Virus record (IMG/VR): IMGVR_UViG_3300009648_000003
Location: 1-64,000 of that record
Length of the DNA stretch: 64,000 nucleotides
Reading direction: 5' to 3' (one strand)
From: a virus
Taxonomy: Duplodnaviria > Caudoviricetes
Under the pieces are notes generated by a model that was not told the DNA's origin, ran no database searches, and saw nothing but the letters and a program-made list of their open reading frames with translations. The translations under genes and the position numbers were made by a program. This document shows positions 38,084-49,800 of the stretch, piece by piece (the stretch's first letter is position 1; every line of letters begins with the position of its first letter).

Positions 38084-39838
38084 TTATACTGCTATATTCA
38101 ATCTTATGTCTACTACCCTAATTCGCACAGGATCTACCTTACGATTATTTTTAGTTCTTGGAAATTCAAACATCATTTTGTGTCTATCTATATGTGTTGC
38201 TAGACACAAACTAATGTCCTTTCTAAAATAAACAGGGATCTTTTGTCCTGTTTTTAAATATACTTCAAAATTAATTAAATCATCTATTTTTTCATCCTTT
38301 TCTACATATATTTTATCAAGAAATGTATCAATTAGTTCATCTGGCATATTTTTATCTAAATCATACTCTTTGTTTAGAAATTCTTCCATTAATTTTAATT
38401 GTTCTTTTGAACTTCTTTTAGCTTTCCTTAAATGTTCATACTTTTCAAGTTCTTTTTCTAAAACATCTATCTCTTGATTAAATTCATCGTTTCTCTGTCT
38501 GAATTCTTTTTCAGTTATGAGATCATTTAAAACTAAGTCTAATAATTTATCTTTTCTTTCCTTAATTTTTTCGATTTTGTTTATTGTTCTGGTAATATCC
38601 TTTGAAAAATCATCCCCTTGTAAATGTTTTTCTATCATAGTTAAAAGTTCATCAATGAAGTTATCTTTATTTTTAAATATTGTTTTAAAAATACAAGCCA
38701 TAATAGCATCTAATTCGGTTGTATATATAGTAGGAGAGTCACAGACTTTTTTACCATGGAGTCTATAAATACTACATTGATATACTTCTTTATCAGGCAT
38801 TGTTTTATACCTATATAAACTTCTATGAAAAGCAGCATCATGTTTTTTACAGTAAATTTTCCCAGAGTATTTGTATTTATTTTGGTATGAAGTTTCGTGT
38901 TTAATATGCACTCTTTTTCGTTTTTCTTCTAATATTTCATTTGCTCTATCCCATACTTCTTCTGATACAATAGGTGGTATTATATCAGGGGCTGGATACA
39001 TAACCCAATCTTCAGGATCTTTTTCTATTACTTTTTTAGTAATATGGTCTACTGTCTCATACCTCCCACCTGTATAATAGCCTTTGTACCTAGGGTTAGT
39101 TATAATTTTTCTTAATGTAGATATTCCATACTCATTTCCCCCGCCATTTAGGTATCCTTCTTTTGCTAGTTGTCTCCCTATTAATCTGAACCCTAAACCT
39201 TGACAGTATAATTCAAACACTCTCCTTACCATCTCTGCTTCTTCCTCTACTATTTCTACCTTGCCATCTACTTTTCGATAGCCATGCATATTAGGAGGAA
39301 GAAAAATTTCCCCTTGTTCAATTGCTCTTCTTTTTGCCCATTTTACTCTTTGTGATGTTTTTCTACTTTCTTCTTGGGCGAGGGAGGCGATGATAGTAAG
39401 TTTAAATTCACTATCAGGGTATAAAGTATTAATATTGTCATTTTCAAAATAAACAGCTACCCCATTTTTTAATAGCTCTCTAGTATAGAAAATACTATCT
39501 AAAGTATTTCTAGCAAACCTTGATACTTCTTTGGTAAGAATGAGGTCAAATTTTCCATTTAAACCGTCTTCTATCATACGGTTAAATTCTTCCCTTTTAA
39601 CTGTGGAAGTTCCCGATACACCATCATCTGTGTACCCATCAATATATTCCCAATTAGGGGTATTTTTTATGAGTTCTTTATAATAATATTCTTGGTTTTT
39701 TAGTGATGTTTCTTGTGCTTTAAACTCTGTAGATACTCTCGAATAATGAGTTACTTTTAGTGGTAAATCATAAATTGTTTTTCCTTGATTTAATAACAAA
39801 TCCCGCATTTCAAGGATATTCATATTAACACTCCTCAC
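38084..39838 (-). CDS. large serine recombinase (integrase/resolvase)
   Basis: YSRVST catalytic Ser, DDGVSGT, KEVSRFARN, recombinase and zinc-ribbon domains; upstream TTGCAT-17-TATAAT promoter. Confidence 0.93.
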   Translation of the reverse strand: MRSVNMNILEMRDLLLNQGKTIYDLPLKVTHYSRVSTEFKAQETSLKNQEYYYKELIKNTPNWEYIDGYTDDGVSGTSTVKREEFNRMIEDGLNGKFDLILTKEVSRFARNTLDSIFYTRELLKNGVAVYFENDNINTLYPDSEFKLTIIASLAQEESRKTSQRVKWAKRRAIEQGEIFLPPNMHGYRKVDGKVEIVEEEAEMVRRVFELYCQGLGFRLIGRQLAKEGYLNGGGNEYGISTLRKIITNPRYKGYYTGGRYETVDHITKKVIEKDPEDWVMYPAPDIIPPIVSEEVWDRANEILEEKRKRVHIKHETSYQNKYKYSGKIYCKKHDAAFHRSLYRYKTMPDKEVYQCSIYRLHGKKVCDSPTIYTTELDAIMACIFKTIFKNKDNFIDELLTMIEKHLQGDDFSKDITRTINKIEKIKERKDKLLDLVLNDLITEKEFRQRNDEFNQEIDVLEKELEKYEHLRKAKRSSKEQLKLMEEFLNKEYDLDKNMPDELIDTFLDKIYVEKDEKIDDLINFEVYLKTGQKIPVYFRKDISLCLATHIDRHKMMFEFPRTKNNRKVDPVRIRVVDIRLNIAV

Positions 39839-39908
39839 ATCATTTTGTATTACACTTATTATATAACATTACTTATGTTAATGCAAGAAAAAAGAGGGTA
39901 TTACCCTC

Positions 39909-40217
39909 TTATGTTGATAGTTTATTGTTTTCAATATTTTTTAACCTATTCAATTCTTCAACCCCTGCTTCTATAAGAATATCTAATTCCTCATCAGATA
40001 TTTTGAATTTCTCTAAAACTTTTTGTCTCACATAATCTTTTCGTTCATTGAAGTCTATTATTCCTACTTCTGCTAATTGTTCAGCTGCTCTTATACAAAA
40101 TTCTACCCATTTTTCGAGGTTATACTGTTTTATAATTTCAATTATATATGCACCTATAACTAATACAACAACTCTTACACCATATTCCACAATAGTCATT
40201 AAAATTTCTTTTGTCAT
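39909..40217 (-). CDS. holin (LL-H-like)
   Basis: One N-terminal TM segment; AAEQL and LDILIEAGVEEL motifs. Confidence 0.75.
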   Translation of the reverse strand: MTKEILMTIVEYGVRVVVLVIGAYIIEIIKQYNLEKWVEFCIRAAEQLAEVGIIDFNERKDYVRQKVLEKFKISDEELDILIEAGVEELNRLKNIENNKLST

Positions 40218-40229
40218 TTCCCCACCTCC

Positions 40230-41015
40230 TTAATCTGTTATACGATCAACAATAGCCCAAAATAGCCATTGTGGGGTATCTTCACCCAGAGATTTCTTCC
40301 ACATTTCTGGGCTATCCACTATTGGATTACCTTTATTATCTTTTTTCTTACTTAATGAAGAAATAGCGTCTTTACCCATTTCTTCTTGCCATTTTGCTAA
40401 TTTCACTTGAATCACCTCATCTACTTTTTGATTAATCTTTTCATCATATCTTTTTTGTACATCACTAATCAATTTATCCCATTCTTTTGGATTTTGAACA
40501 TAATATCGTGGACAATCCTTGCCTGTTACATCATAGTGTCTCCAAATTGTATCCTTACTGGGGGTTAAATTAAAGTCTATAAGCAAATCTGCGACTCGGT
40601 TTATAACTGTTCTATACGTGGTATTAGAATATTTACCATTCCAATCTGGGTGGCATACCTCTATACCATAGAGATAGTAATTAGGAGAATTATTTAATAA
40701 CTCCCTAACTCTTGGTTTGTAACTTTTTGCTCCCACATGGTAAGCTATTTCAGTCTTTGGTATACAAAGTACTACTTCCCCTTGCAACCCTATTATTTCA
40801 TGAGAAGAGGCATATCTATCTCCATTTTTACCTTGATTTTTTAAATTATTAAAATAGTTTCTATTAGCCCTTGCTGTTGAACCTGGATTAGCCACCCAAT
40901 GTAATGCAATTCCTTTTATAGCTTTCATCTTTTTTTGTGGGCGGGAATATGGATTAGGTTCTAAATAAGATTTAATAATCTCATATTCTTTCGTCATCAT
41001 CATCCACCTCCTCAT
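40230..41015 (-). CDS. endolysin, N-acetylmuramoyl-L-alanine amidase (Amidase_2)
   Basis: IALHWVAN, ASSH, AYHVG, GIEVC, RHYDVTGKDCP. Confidence 0.9.
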   Translation of the reverse strand: MRRWMMMTKEYEIIKSYLEPNPYSRPQKKMKAIKGIALHWVANPGSTARANRNYFNNLKNQGKNGDRYASSHEIIGLQGEVVLCIPKTEIAYHVGAKSYKPRVRELLNNSPNYYLYGIEVCHPDWNGKYSNTTYRTVINRVADLLIDFNLTPSKDTIWRHYDVTGKDCPRYYVQNPKEWDKLISDVQKRYDEKINQKVDEVIQVKLAKWQEEMGKDAISSLSKKKDNKGNPIVDSPEMWKKSLGEDTPQWLFWAIVDRITD

Positions 41016-41502
41016 CTTTTAGTATTTCTTTCTCTTTCCTTTTTGTGAAAAGTAATAACCATTCTATATCAGCACCTGCATCCCCAAAGTTTTCTAGCAT
41101 ACTCTGAAATTCTCTAAGAAATAAAACTGTATATACTACAGTAGCCATAAACTTACTCACAGAAGCAAAAGCATTTGGCAAAGCATTTAATTGGTAGCTT
41201 GCTCCTACCATAATGGAAATAGAAAGATAGGTAATTAATTTTACTTTTGTACCCTCCCATAAAGTTTTTGAAAATATTTTTCCATTTTTAAATGCTTTGA
41301 TAAATCCCCCATTATTGTAAGCTATTGCTGTGTATTTACTAAAAATATCCATTAAAACTGCGATACCTAAAGCTATAGCTGCATTTTTATATGCTTGCTC
41401 AGGAAACATAACATAATTTAGAAACGTGAGTATAAATCCAAAAACAATTTTTAAACTTGATATAGCTTTGTTTAAGTAGTTTTTTAATTGTTCTATAAAC
41501 AA
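40981..41502 (-). CDS. holin
   Basis: Multiple TM segments, REFQSMLEN motif, overlaps the endolysin. Confidence 0.75.
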   Translation of the reverse strand: MFIEQLKNYLNKAISSLKIVFGFILTFLNYVMFPEQAYKNAAIALGIAVLMDIFSKYTAIAYNNGGFIKAFKNGKIFSKTLWEGTKVKLITYLSISIMVGASYQLNALPNAFASVSKFMATVVYTVLFLREFQSMLENFGDAGADIEWLLLFTKRKEKEILKDEEVDDDDERI

Positions 41503-41561
41503 ATTAGTCCCTCCCTCTATTACCCCATATAGTAGCTTAGGTATATATAGAGAGAAGGTAT

Positions 41562-42332
41562 CTAATCTTTTATTTCTTTTAATATTTTTCTTACTTTGTT
41601 CATTGTTCTAGTTATTGTTATTTTTGAGATGTCTTCTTTTTTGGCTATTTCTTCATGTGTTTCACCATTTAGTTTTGCTTTAAAAATTCTTTTATCTCTG
41701 TCATTTAACTGCGATTTAACAGCCTCTAATAGTTGATCTAAATATATTTTTTCAACAATTTCTTCTTCAACATTAATATTTACATCTTTGAGTTCGTATT
41801 TATAATTAGGTATTTCATTGTTTTCATATTTATTTTTCTTACAGAATGGGATAAATTCAGGCAAGCTTCCCACAGTTAAAATTTTCTGTACTTTATCTAT
41901 ATCTTCTTCTATTTCCTCTGCAATTTTTTGTACAGGTATAAATTTATCGTAGTATAAATTCTCTGTACAATTCATGATTTTTACATTCAAGTCATGTGCT
42001 GATCTAGGAAGTTTAATTAACCTTCCTTTTGTTCTTATATAGTCTTTTACCTCCCCCGCAATAATTGCGGGGGCATAGGTTGTGAATAATACACCTTTTG
42101 TACAATCAAAATTATCAACAGCCTTTATAAAACCAATTCTACCTATTTGTTGTACATCATCTTTCTCCATACCATTGTATTTTGCTAATTTAACTGGGTC
42201 ACCTACATAGTTTCTAATTGAAAACCAAATTAAATCTTCATTGTGTATTATTAATTCTCCTAAGTATTCTCTATCTGTTTTAGCTCTTTCAATATTTTCA
42301 TTATCATGTAACGAATACTTTTTTTCTGCCAT
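41562..42332 (-). CDS. SigF/SigG-like sigma factor
   Basis: DDVQQIGRIGFIKAVDNFD...FTTYA...GEVKDYIR...IKLPRS; C-terminal HTH. Confidence 0.88.
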   Translation of the reverse strand: MAEKKYSLHDNENIERAKTDREYLGELIIHNEDLIWFSIRNYVGDPVKLAKYNGMEKDDVQQIGRIGFIKAVDNFDCTKGVLFTTYAPAIIAGEVKDYIRTKGRLIKLPRSAHDLNVKIMNCTENLYYDKFIPVQKIAEEIEEDIDKVQKILTVGSLPEFIPFCKKNKYENNEIPNYKYELKDVNINVEEEIVEKIYLDQLLEAVKSQLNDRDKRIFKAKLNGETHEEIAKKEDISKITITRTMNKVRKILKEIKD

Positions 42333-42366
42333 TTTAAAATCTCCTTAAATGAATAAAAGGCAAGAT

Positions 42367-42651
42367 TTACTCACCTTTTATTCTTCTTTTTGTAGACGAA
42401 GACATCTGAACTACAACCGTTTTTGTAGCTGGTATTATTGTAGGTTTTCCTGTGTGTAAATCTTTAGCTCTTTTAGCTTTTCTTTCTCTTACCTTAAAGT
42501 TGAAAAAGTTATTTAACATAACATCATTCCCAGCTTCTAATTGAGAAACAATAACTTCTGCTACCTGGTCTAATCTTTCCTTAGCTTCAGCTGTGGATAT
42601 ATTATAGGTATCAGCATAAATTTTGGTTAATTCGGCTTTATTTATTTTCAT
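42367..42651 (-). CDS. HU/IHF-family DNA-binding protein
   Basis: NKAEL...FFNFKVRERKAKRAKDLHTGKPTIIPA. Confidence 0.88.
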   Translation of the reverse strand: MKINKAELTKIYADTYNISTAEAKERLDQVAEVIVSQLEAGNDVMLNNFFNFKVRERKAKRAKDLHTGKPTIIPATKTVVVQMSSSTKRRIKGE

Positions 42652-43349
42652 TTTAATTCCTCCTCAATTCTTTCTTTTTCTTTTTGTACTCTGTTATAAA
42701 CAGATTTTACTTTTTCGTAGTATTTTGTATTATAAGTGCCTCTGTTTACATTACCTTGACCTTGATTGTATGCTATAGTGGCTATTTTTCTATCACCATA
42801 TTCATTTTTTAAATAGGTGTAGTATTTAAATCCTGCTTCAACATTTTTAGATGGTTCATGTAATTGTTCTTTAGAAACTCCGTATATTTTAGCCGTACTA
42901 GGTATAATTTGCATTAATCCTCTTGCCCCTTTTTTTGAAATAGCATTTGTATCAAATCTACTTTCTGTGTACATCATAGATAACATCCAATATGGGTCTA
43001 GTTCTTCTTTTTTAGAGTTTGTAACAATTAATTTTGAAATATTTCTTGCCTCTTGATTAGATATTTTTGGCTGTAATTTTTTTATAATTAAAGAAATTAT
43101 TGATTCATCTGTTAAAGATTCCGAAGATGAATTTTCTTTTTTTGTGAAGACTTTGGCAGGTAAAAATTCTTCTTTATATGGTTTCTTTTTGTTTTCTTTT
43201 CCTATGCTATTTAAACTTTCTTCTTTTTCCATGTTGTGTGAGTTTTCTTCTTTTATTTCATCTTTAGATGGGGCTGGAGGAGCAAAACTAGTGGTACACA
43301 ATACTACCATAAAAAGTCCTACTATTAGTATAGTAGACTTAAACTTCAT
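42648..43349 (-). CDS. secreted lytic transglycosylase (SLT domain)
   Basis: Signal-peptide-like N-terminus; TESRF, GARGLMQI, AYNQG. Confidence 0.88.
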   Translation of the reverse strand: MKFKSTILIVGLFMVVLCTTSFAPPAPSKDEIKEENSHNMEKEESLNSIGKENKKKPYKEEFLPAKVFTKKENSSSESLTDESIISLIIKKLQPKISNQEARNISKLIVTNSKKEELDPYWMLSMMYTESRFDTNAISKKGARGLMQIIPSTAKIYGVSKEQLHEPSKNVEAGFKYYTYLKNEYGDRKIATIAYNQGQGNVNRGTYNTKYYEKVKSVYNRVQKEKERIEEELK

Positions 43350-43350
43350 T

Positions 43351-43944
43351 TTATATGAACTCCTTTCTTTGCAAATAATAAATTATTGCTTCATGTAATT
43401 GCTCTGGATTCGCCTTTCCCACATGAATAGGTATTATAGTTGGATTATTCTTTGCTAGGAGTGTATAAACTCTTCTGGCTCTATTAAGAAATTCTAAATC
43501 TTTTTCAAAAAGATCTTCTCGTTGTTCTTTTCTTTTTATAGATTCTTCTACAGATATATCCAATAAAAAAACTATATCAGGTTTTCTAACATACTCTTGC
43601 AATATATTTAACCAATTATAACTTAGGTTGTTAGCAACACCAAAGGCTATATTTGAATGGGTGTATCGGTCTAATATTAAAAAATCACACCCTGATTTTT
43701 CTAGATCTTCTATTGTTTTCATAAAATCTATTCTATCTACTTCATACAGCATATGGTGAGCTTCTGGTGTTAAAGTTACTTTACCTTCTAAGGACTTTTT
43801 TATTAACTTCCCCAATTCTGTATCATATCTTGGAAAAGATTCAAAAGCTGTATTATACCCTTTTTCTTTTAAGTAACTATTGAGTAGTCTTGCTTGTGTT
43901 TCTTTACCAGATGCATCTATACCTTCAAATGAGATAATTTTCAT
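43351..43944 (-). CDS. tmk: thymidylate kinase
   Basis: FEGIDASGKETQ P-loop, LILDRY. Confidence 0.9.
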   Translation of the reverse strand: MKIISFEGIDASGKETQARLLNSYLKEKGYNTAFESFPRYDTELGKLIKKSLEGKVTLTPEAHHMLYEVDRIDFMKTIEDLEKSGCDFLILDRYTHSNIAFGVANNLSYNWLNILQEYVRKPDIVFLLDISVEESIKRKEQREDLFEKDLEFLNRARRVYTLLAKNNPTIIPIHVGKANPEQLHEAIIYYLQRKEFI

Positions 43945-44426
43945 CTTTTCAACTCCTTAGCATTATCAAAACTTGTTCCAAACCCACCCCTGTCTTTGTT
44001 ACCTAAATATTTTACTTCTTTGAGTTCAACATCAGGTAAGCTCAGAAAAATTGCTTGACAAACTTTATCTCCTGGGTTTAGTGTCACAACTTTTTCTGAT
44101 TCATTTTTAAATTCTGCTCCCCATATATCTTTATCTCCTCTGTATAGGGAGTCTATGACCCCGACTCCATTAGTTAATTTTAATCCCCATTTGCGATAAG
44201 TGGAGCTTCGTTGGAACACTAATCCAACCATTCCTTCTGGAATTTCAGTTGCTACATTTAAACTTACAAACACTACCTCCCCAGGTTTTATCTCCATAGG
44301 GGCGGGAATGTTGGCGAATAAATCAAATCCTGCATTTAAAGGATTATCTCTATGAAGGGCGGGAAGCTCTTTATTCTCCCTCTTGTATTTAATAACTTTA
44401 GGCAACTTACATCTACAATTACTCAT
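43941..44426 (-). CDS. dut: trimeric dUTPase
   Basis: AGFDL, RSS, GVIDSLYRG, RGGFGTS. Confidence 0.9.
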   Translation of the reverse strand: MSNCRCKLPKVIKYKRENKELPALHRDNPLNAGFDLFANIPAPMEIKPGEVVFVSLNVATEIPEGMVGLVFQRSSTYRKWGLKLTNGVGVIDSLYRGDKDIWGAEFKNESEKVVTLNPGDKVCQAIFLSLPDVELKEVKYLGNKDRGGFGTSFDNAKELKR

Positions 44427-44427
44427 A

Positions 44428-44868
44428 TTAGATTCCTCCTCTTTCCTTTAACAATTCTAGATTCTCATAAATATTACCAATAACCTCAACCAATTCCCAA
44501 GTAACATCGTCTATATAATACTTGTGCTTTATTTCTTGCAAAACATATCTATCTTTCGCCCAAACCACTTTGAATTTTGCTATATCTATATCTTTGTGAA
44601 CATTTCTATCGTATAAAACTATATCTGCTTCATAAATTTCTTTTCCGTTTTTATCATGAGACCCTATAAAAAGCATAAGTTCGTATTCGTCCTCTGGCAC
44701 TATACCATGCCAATGCCAATTTTTATAAGTATCCATAACTCCTAAATTCCCGTTAAAGTCAAGCACAGGTATAATTGTTGCAAATTTTCTAGGCATAATC
44801 ATTCTGTTATTTCTCTTATCCCATATCCTAAATTTAATTTTCATTTTCCAATCCCTCCAAATACTCAT
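44428..44868 (-). CDS. YopX-family protein
   Basis: KFRIWDK...DKNGKEIYEADIV...EVIGNIYEN. Confidence 0.88.
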   Translation of the reverse strand: MSIWRDWKMKIKFRIWDKRNNRMIMPRKFATIIPVLDFNGNLGVMDTYKNWHWHGIVPEDEYELMLFIGSHDKNGKEIYEADIVLYDRNVHKDIDIAKFKVVWAKDRYVLQEIKHKYYIDDVTWELVEVIGNIYENLELLKERGGI

Positions 44869-44874
44869 TGTGTA

Positions 44875-46629
44875 TTACTTCTCTTCCAGTTCTTTTAATG
44901 TTATTAATGAAGTATCCACCCTGTATCTTTGTCCGTTGCAAAATAGCTCTATCAAGCATAGCTTTTCATCATACCATTTAATCAATTCGCCTCTGGCATA
45001 ATGACCACTTGGTTGCCCTTTATAATTAAATTCAAAGTCTTTATGAATTATCTCTACACAAGTTCCTTCTTCCAAAATGCTTACCTCCTTAACATAGGCA
45101 TTGGTGCTATGCCAAAATCCCAAACACTTTCATGTCCACACCAACTGCATCTATAAGTCACTACCCCATCTTCATTTGATATAAAACTATCTCTAACTAA
45201 ATCATTGTTACACTTGGGACACCAACAGTATGTTCTATTAACTAACTTAGAGAATATATATTTTTTATTTTTACTATGAAATTCAGTCTTCCCACACTTT
45301 CTACATTGCACTAATACCACTTTGTCTGGTTTTTTCTTATATTCCCATTCATGCCTACATAGGATTTTCATTTTAGCCCTCCTTTCATATAATAAATATT
45401 AAATACACTTAATACGTGTAATGTTTAGCTAATCTTTAAACGTACTTAATACATTGAGAATACCTTTCTGAATTTCATCTACAACATCTTCTATTATGTT
45501 ATCTAAATCTATTTCATCAATTACTCCTTCTTTGTTCCATTCTTTAAACCTTTGTATTGATACTTTTTTAGCTGCGTCTAATAAGCAATCTTTATAATCT
45601 ACAAACCAATCGCTAATATCATCTATTACTGTATTTTCAAGGAACGCTTGTTTTTCTAACGCTTCTATAGCTTCTGATATTGCTTCAAACGCTATTTTCT
45701 CACTTTCTTCATCTGTTAATCCTCTATTTCTACTTTCTACATAATCAGGTATTACACTACTTATTAAATCCAGATTATCAACAATTTCTTTAATATCCAT
45801 AAATATTCTCTCCTTTCCTTCTTTCACATAAATAACACTAATCGCAATTAAAACCTTTTAATAGTTCGGGTATTTCCATAAGCAATTCGCAGTAGGTGGT
45901 TTCATCTTTTTCTGCCTTATCAAGATATTCTCGTAGTTCTTTTATTAATTGTTTTTTACTTGCTTCCATCTTTAATCCTCCCATCTATTACACATAATAA
46001 TCATGATGTATATTAGATTTTTAATACTCTCTAATCCTATTCTAAAGGCATCTCATAGTAATCTACTTGAAACATTTCTCTTAATACTTCTTCTGCTCTT
46101 TCTCTACTTTTGTATTTTCCTATACAAACACTTCCTTTATCCCCCTCCCACATTCTTGCAAAAATGAACCCATCCTCATATATTTCTACATATTGAGGAT
46201 TAACAAGGTACCATCCATTTTGGCTCAAAATGGTTTTCACTATTAACACCCCTCCCACTATTTAGGCAGAATAATTTTACTTATTTTATCAGCATCATGT
46301 TCTGCTAACATTTTCATATATTCTTTTTCAGTTAATTCTTTTAGTAAACTTTTTTCTTCAGATATTACATAAGCCATTCCATCACACAAAAGAATTTTAA
46401 AGATAGTTTTTGGTTTTTCAAAAAATTCGTCTGTTTTATAGTTGTAAGCAAAACATGATTTTTCATACCCAGCAATTTTTCCTGCAAACCAAGCATTTAC
46501 TATTACATAATCTTTTTCCATTGGATCATAAGTTAAATGTTCGTTTGTTGGTGCATAGATATATTTTCCTATTAAATCTTTTAATAATGTTTCAGTTAAA
46601 GGTTCATTTTCTTTTTTTATAATTTTCAT
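44875..46629 (-). other. cluster of small hypothetical CDSs (44875, 45081 Zn-ribbon, 45429, 45838-45969, 46037, 46258)
   Basis: ORF track plus a 43-aa ORF with SD; downstream of the phage promoter motif at 46658-46687. Confidence 0.55.
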
Positions 46630-46880
46630 TTAGTCCCCTCCTCTTTTCTTCACTCTTAATATACGATTAAAATTAATTTATGAATAATAAAAACCCCTAA
46701 TTAGGGGTTTTTTATCAAAAATTCTATTTTTGTACACAAATTTTTATAAATTAGTCTTAGACGCTTGTATAGCTTATTAGAGCGATTTTGCACCTTTACT
46801 ATACTTAGTATATTGGGCACTTAATAATCTTTCAATGTAGCTTGATTAAACAAGTGATTTTTTAGAGAGATGAATTTTTT

Positions 46881-49800
46881 TTAATTATTTTTTGATTTTT
46901 TATCAATATTTAGAATCTGTGTGTCTCTACTTCCATCTACATAAACAGTTATACCTTTTAGCCCTTTTTTATATGCTAGTTCGTAAAGTTTTTTATTATC
47001 TTCAACTGTAAAAGTGGCGGGGGCATTGACAGTTTTAGAAATACTACTATCTATCCATTTCTGAGCAGCTGCTTGGACTAATACATGTTCTTCAGGAGTT
47101 AATTCCATAGCACTAACATAGTAATCAGGAAGTTCGGTAGCGTTAGGGTTCTCTTCAAAATACTTTTGTGCTATAGGAGCATTAATTTCTATAAACTCTC
47201 CCATCCTCCCACTTCTATAATATTTAAAAGCAAAATAAGGTTCTATACCATTACCAACTCCAATCATACTGCCTGTACTTCCTACAGGTGCTATAGTTAA
47301 ACTGGTTACATTTCTTATACCATATTTTCGTATTTTTTCTCTTATACTTCTTGGCATTTGTTTCATATATCCTGATTCTAAAAATTTATCTTTATCAAAA
47401 TAATAGAAAGATCCTTTTTCTTTTGCTAAATTAACTGATTCATCATAAGAGACTAAAGCAATGAATTTTAATAATTTTTCTGTTAATTCTATCATTTCAG
47501 GACTGCCATATCTTAATTTTTGGTTAATCATTAAATCAGCTAATCCTGTTATTCCTTTCCCAACTCTTCTCTCTCTTTTTGACATTTTTTCATTTTCATC
47601 TATGAAGTAATAACTAGCATCAATAACATCATCACTAAATCTTTGGGATATTCTTGTAATTTTTTCTAACAATTCATAGTCTATTTTTCCATCCTTACTT
47701 ATTTCAGCTAAATTTATTGCACCTAAATTACAAACCCCGTATTTAGGGAGCCCCTGCTCCGCACAGTTATGAACGATAAGACCATTGGTATTGTAATGAT
47801 GCATTGTATCAACAGTAATGTCATATACATCCTCTATTCCGTCAAATTTTATAGATTTAATCTTTAGTATTTTTTTCTTTTTTTCTATAACTGAAGAGTT
47901 CTTTGTTTTTCTTTCCATCATAGTTTTATTTTTGTATTCAGTTAAAAACCCTATTTTCTTAAAAGTAACATCGTAAACCATTATTTTATAAGTTGTATCA
48001 TTATTTCTTATCTTACCATCAGAGGATTTGTATTTTCTTGCATTATTATGAACTGATATACTAGAGTACACCCCAAATTCTTTTAAAATTCTTTGGATAT
48101 GAAGTAAAAACTGTTTATTATTTGAATATAAAGTTGCTATTCCCTCACATCTAGAACTACCATCACAAGTAAACAGTGCTCGTAATAAGCCTAGTTTCAT
48201 ATCTTTTGTTAATTTATCATAATCAATATCAAATTTATTTGTTTCACTATTTATTTTTAAGTCCTTTAAAAGTTTTTGTCTATACTCATACTTACATATT
48301 CGACCTTCATAACAAGTATTTGGTTTACTTGCATGGGGTTTAAATTCAAAGTTTGGATCATATTTTCTTAACATCTGCTCAAGTCTGTCTCTGTATTCAA
48401 ACTCATTTTCACCTACTGCAATAGCAATCCATCCTCTTTTACTTATTTCATCTTGTTTGTATAACGCCCCATCCGCTAGTAACCAACCTAATAGTATACC
48501 TTTCTCGTATTCTTCTTGATTTGTAACTACAGGTTCAAAAACAGGGGTATAGTCTACTAATACTTTAGAACCTTCCTTTAAATATCTTAATTCTATATCA
48601 CCCTCAGGTGTTGTTACTCTATGATTATCTGTCATTCTAATTTCAGTACCGTTTTCTAAAGTTACCTTATAAACTTCTTTAGTTCCTGTTTTAAACATTG
48701 GAGTAGATTTATATTTCTTTCCTCCTAAAACAATATGGTCAACAATATTTTCAATCTTCTTAAATCCATCTTCTGTTAGAATATATTCTCCTTTAGGTTG
48801 ACATGGATTTGTAATCATAATAGTTGTGTAATAATATGAATTAGCTTCTTTATTATATCTATCAATAAAGATAACTCCGGGCTCTGCTGAGTATCTAGCA
48901 CATATATTTATTAAATCCCATAAATCTCTAGCAGGTATTGTTTCATATACTTTTGTAGGTAGTCCTCTTCTTTCCCATTCTTCTATTAATCCATTCATAT
49001 TAACCCACTCTGTATCATATATTTCTTTCTGTTCTTTAGTTAAATTTTCTAGATCAGGGTATTTTAATTCCCACATATCCCCCGCCTTCACTTTTTCCAT
49101 GAAGTCATCTGTAATTAATACAGATATATTAGCACCACTCATGAATTCCTTATCAACCACATCTACAGGGTTTCCGTTCTCGTCTCTTATAAGATACATT
49201 TCAGCTATTTCAGCAATACGTGGGTTGGTGTGGTTGCTCAATAGATCTAATAGATAAGGATTTTGTATTTTACACATAGTAAATTCGAGTATATCTGGGT
49301 GCCATATATGCTGTCCTATCATTTGGGCTCCACGGCGGGAACCTGCTTGAGATATTAAATGAGTAAGTTCAGATAGATAATTAGCCCACGAAATACTACC
49401 ACTGGAAAATCCATTTACTCCTTTTACAACCGCATTTCTAGGTCTTAATGTTGATATACAACTGCCAACACCACCACCTCTACTCATGATTTCTGTAGCA
49501 GTTTTAATATGATCTATTATACCGCCCCTGCTATCAGGAACATTCCCCAATGAAAAACAATTAAACAGAGTTACATCAGCAGGGTTCCCAGCACCATATA
49601 ATATTCTACCCCCTGGAATATAGTATTTATTAGAAATCATCCAATAAAAATCTTTAAACACTTCATCTTGTTTATCGGGGTTTTCTACCCCTGCTATAGC
49701 TTTAGCAACTCTATAAGCAATCTGTTCCCAATAAATTTCTAATGGTTTAGTTATTTCTCCTTTAGATTTTTCTAAATTCTTTAAATCAACACCTTCTACG

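Noticed and set aside
46760-46850. Weak dyad around TATACTTAGTATA downstream of the RNR as a res/dif-like site
   Set aside because: Symmetry is too imperfect to support without comparative data.
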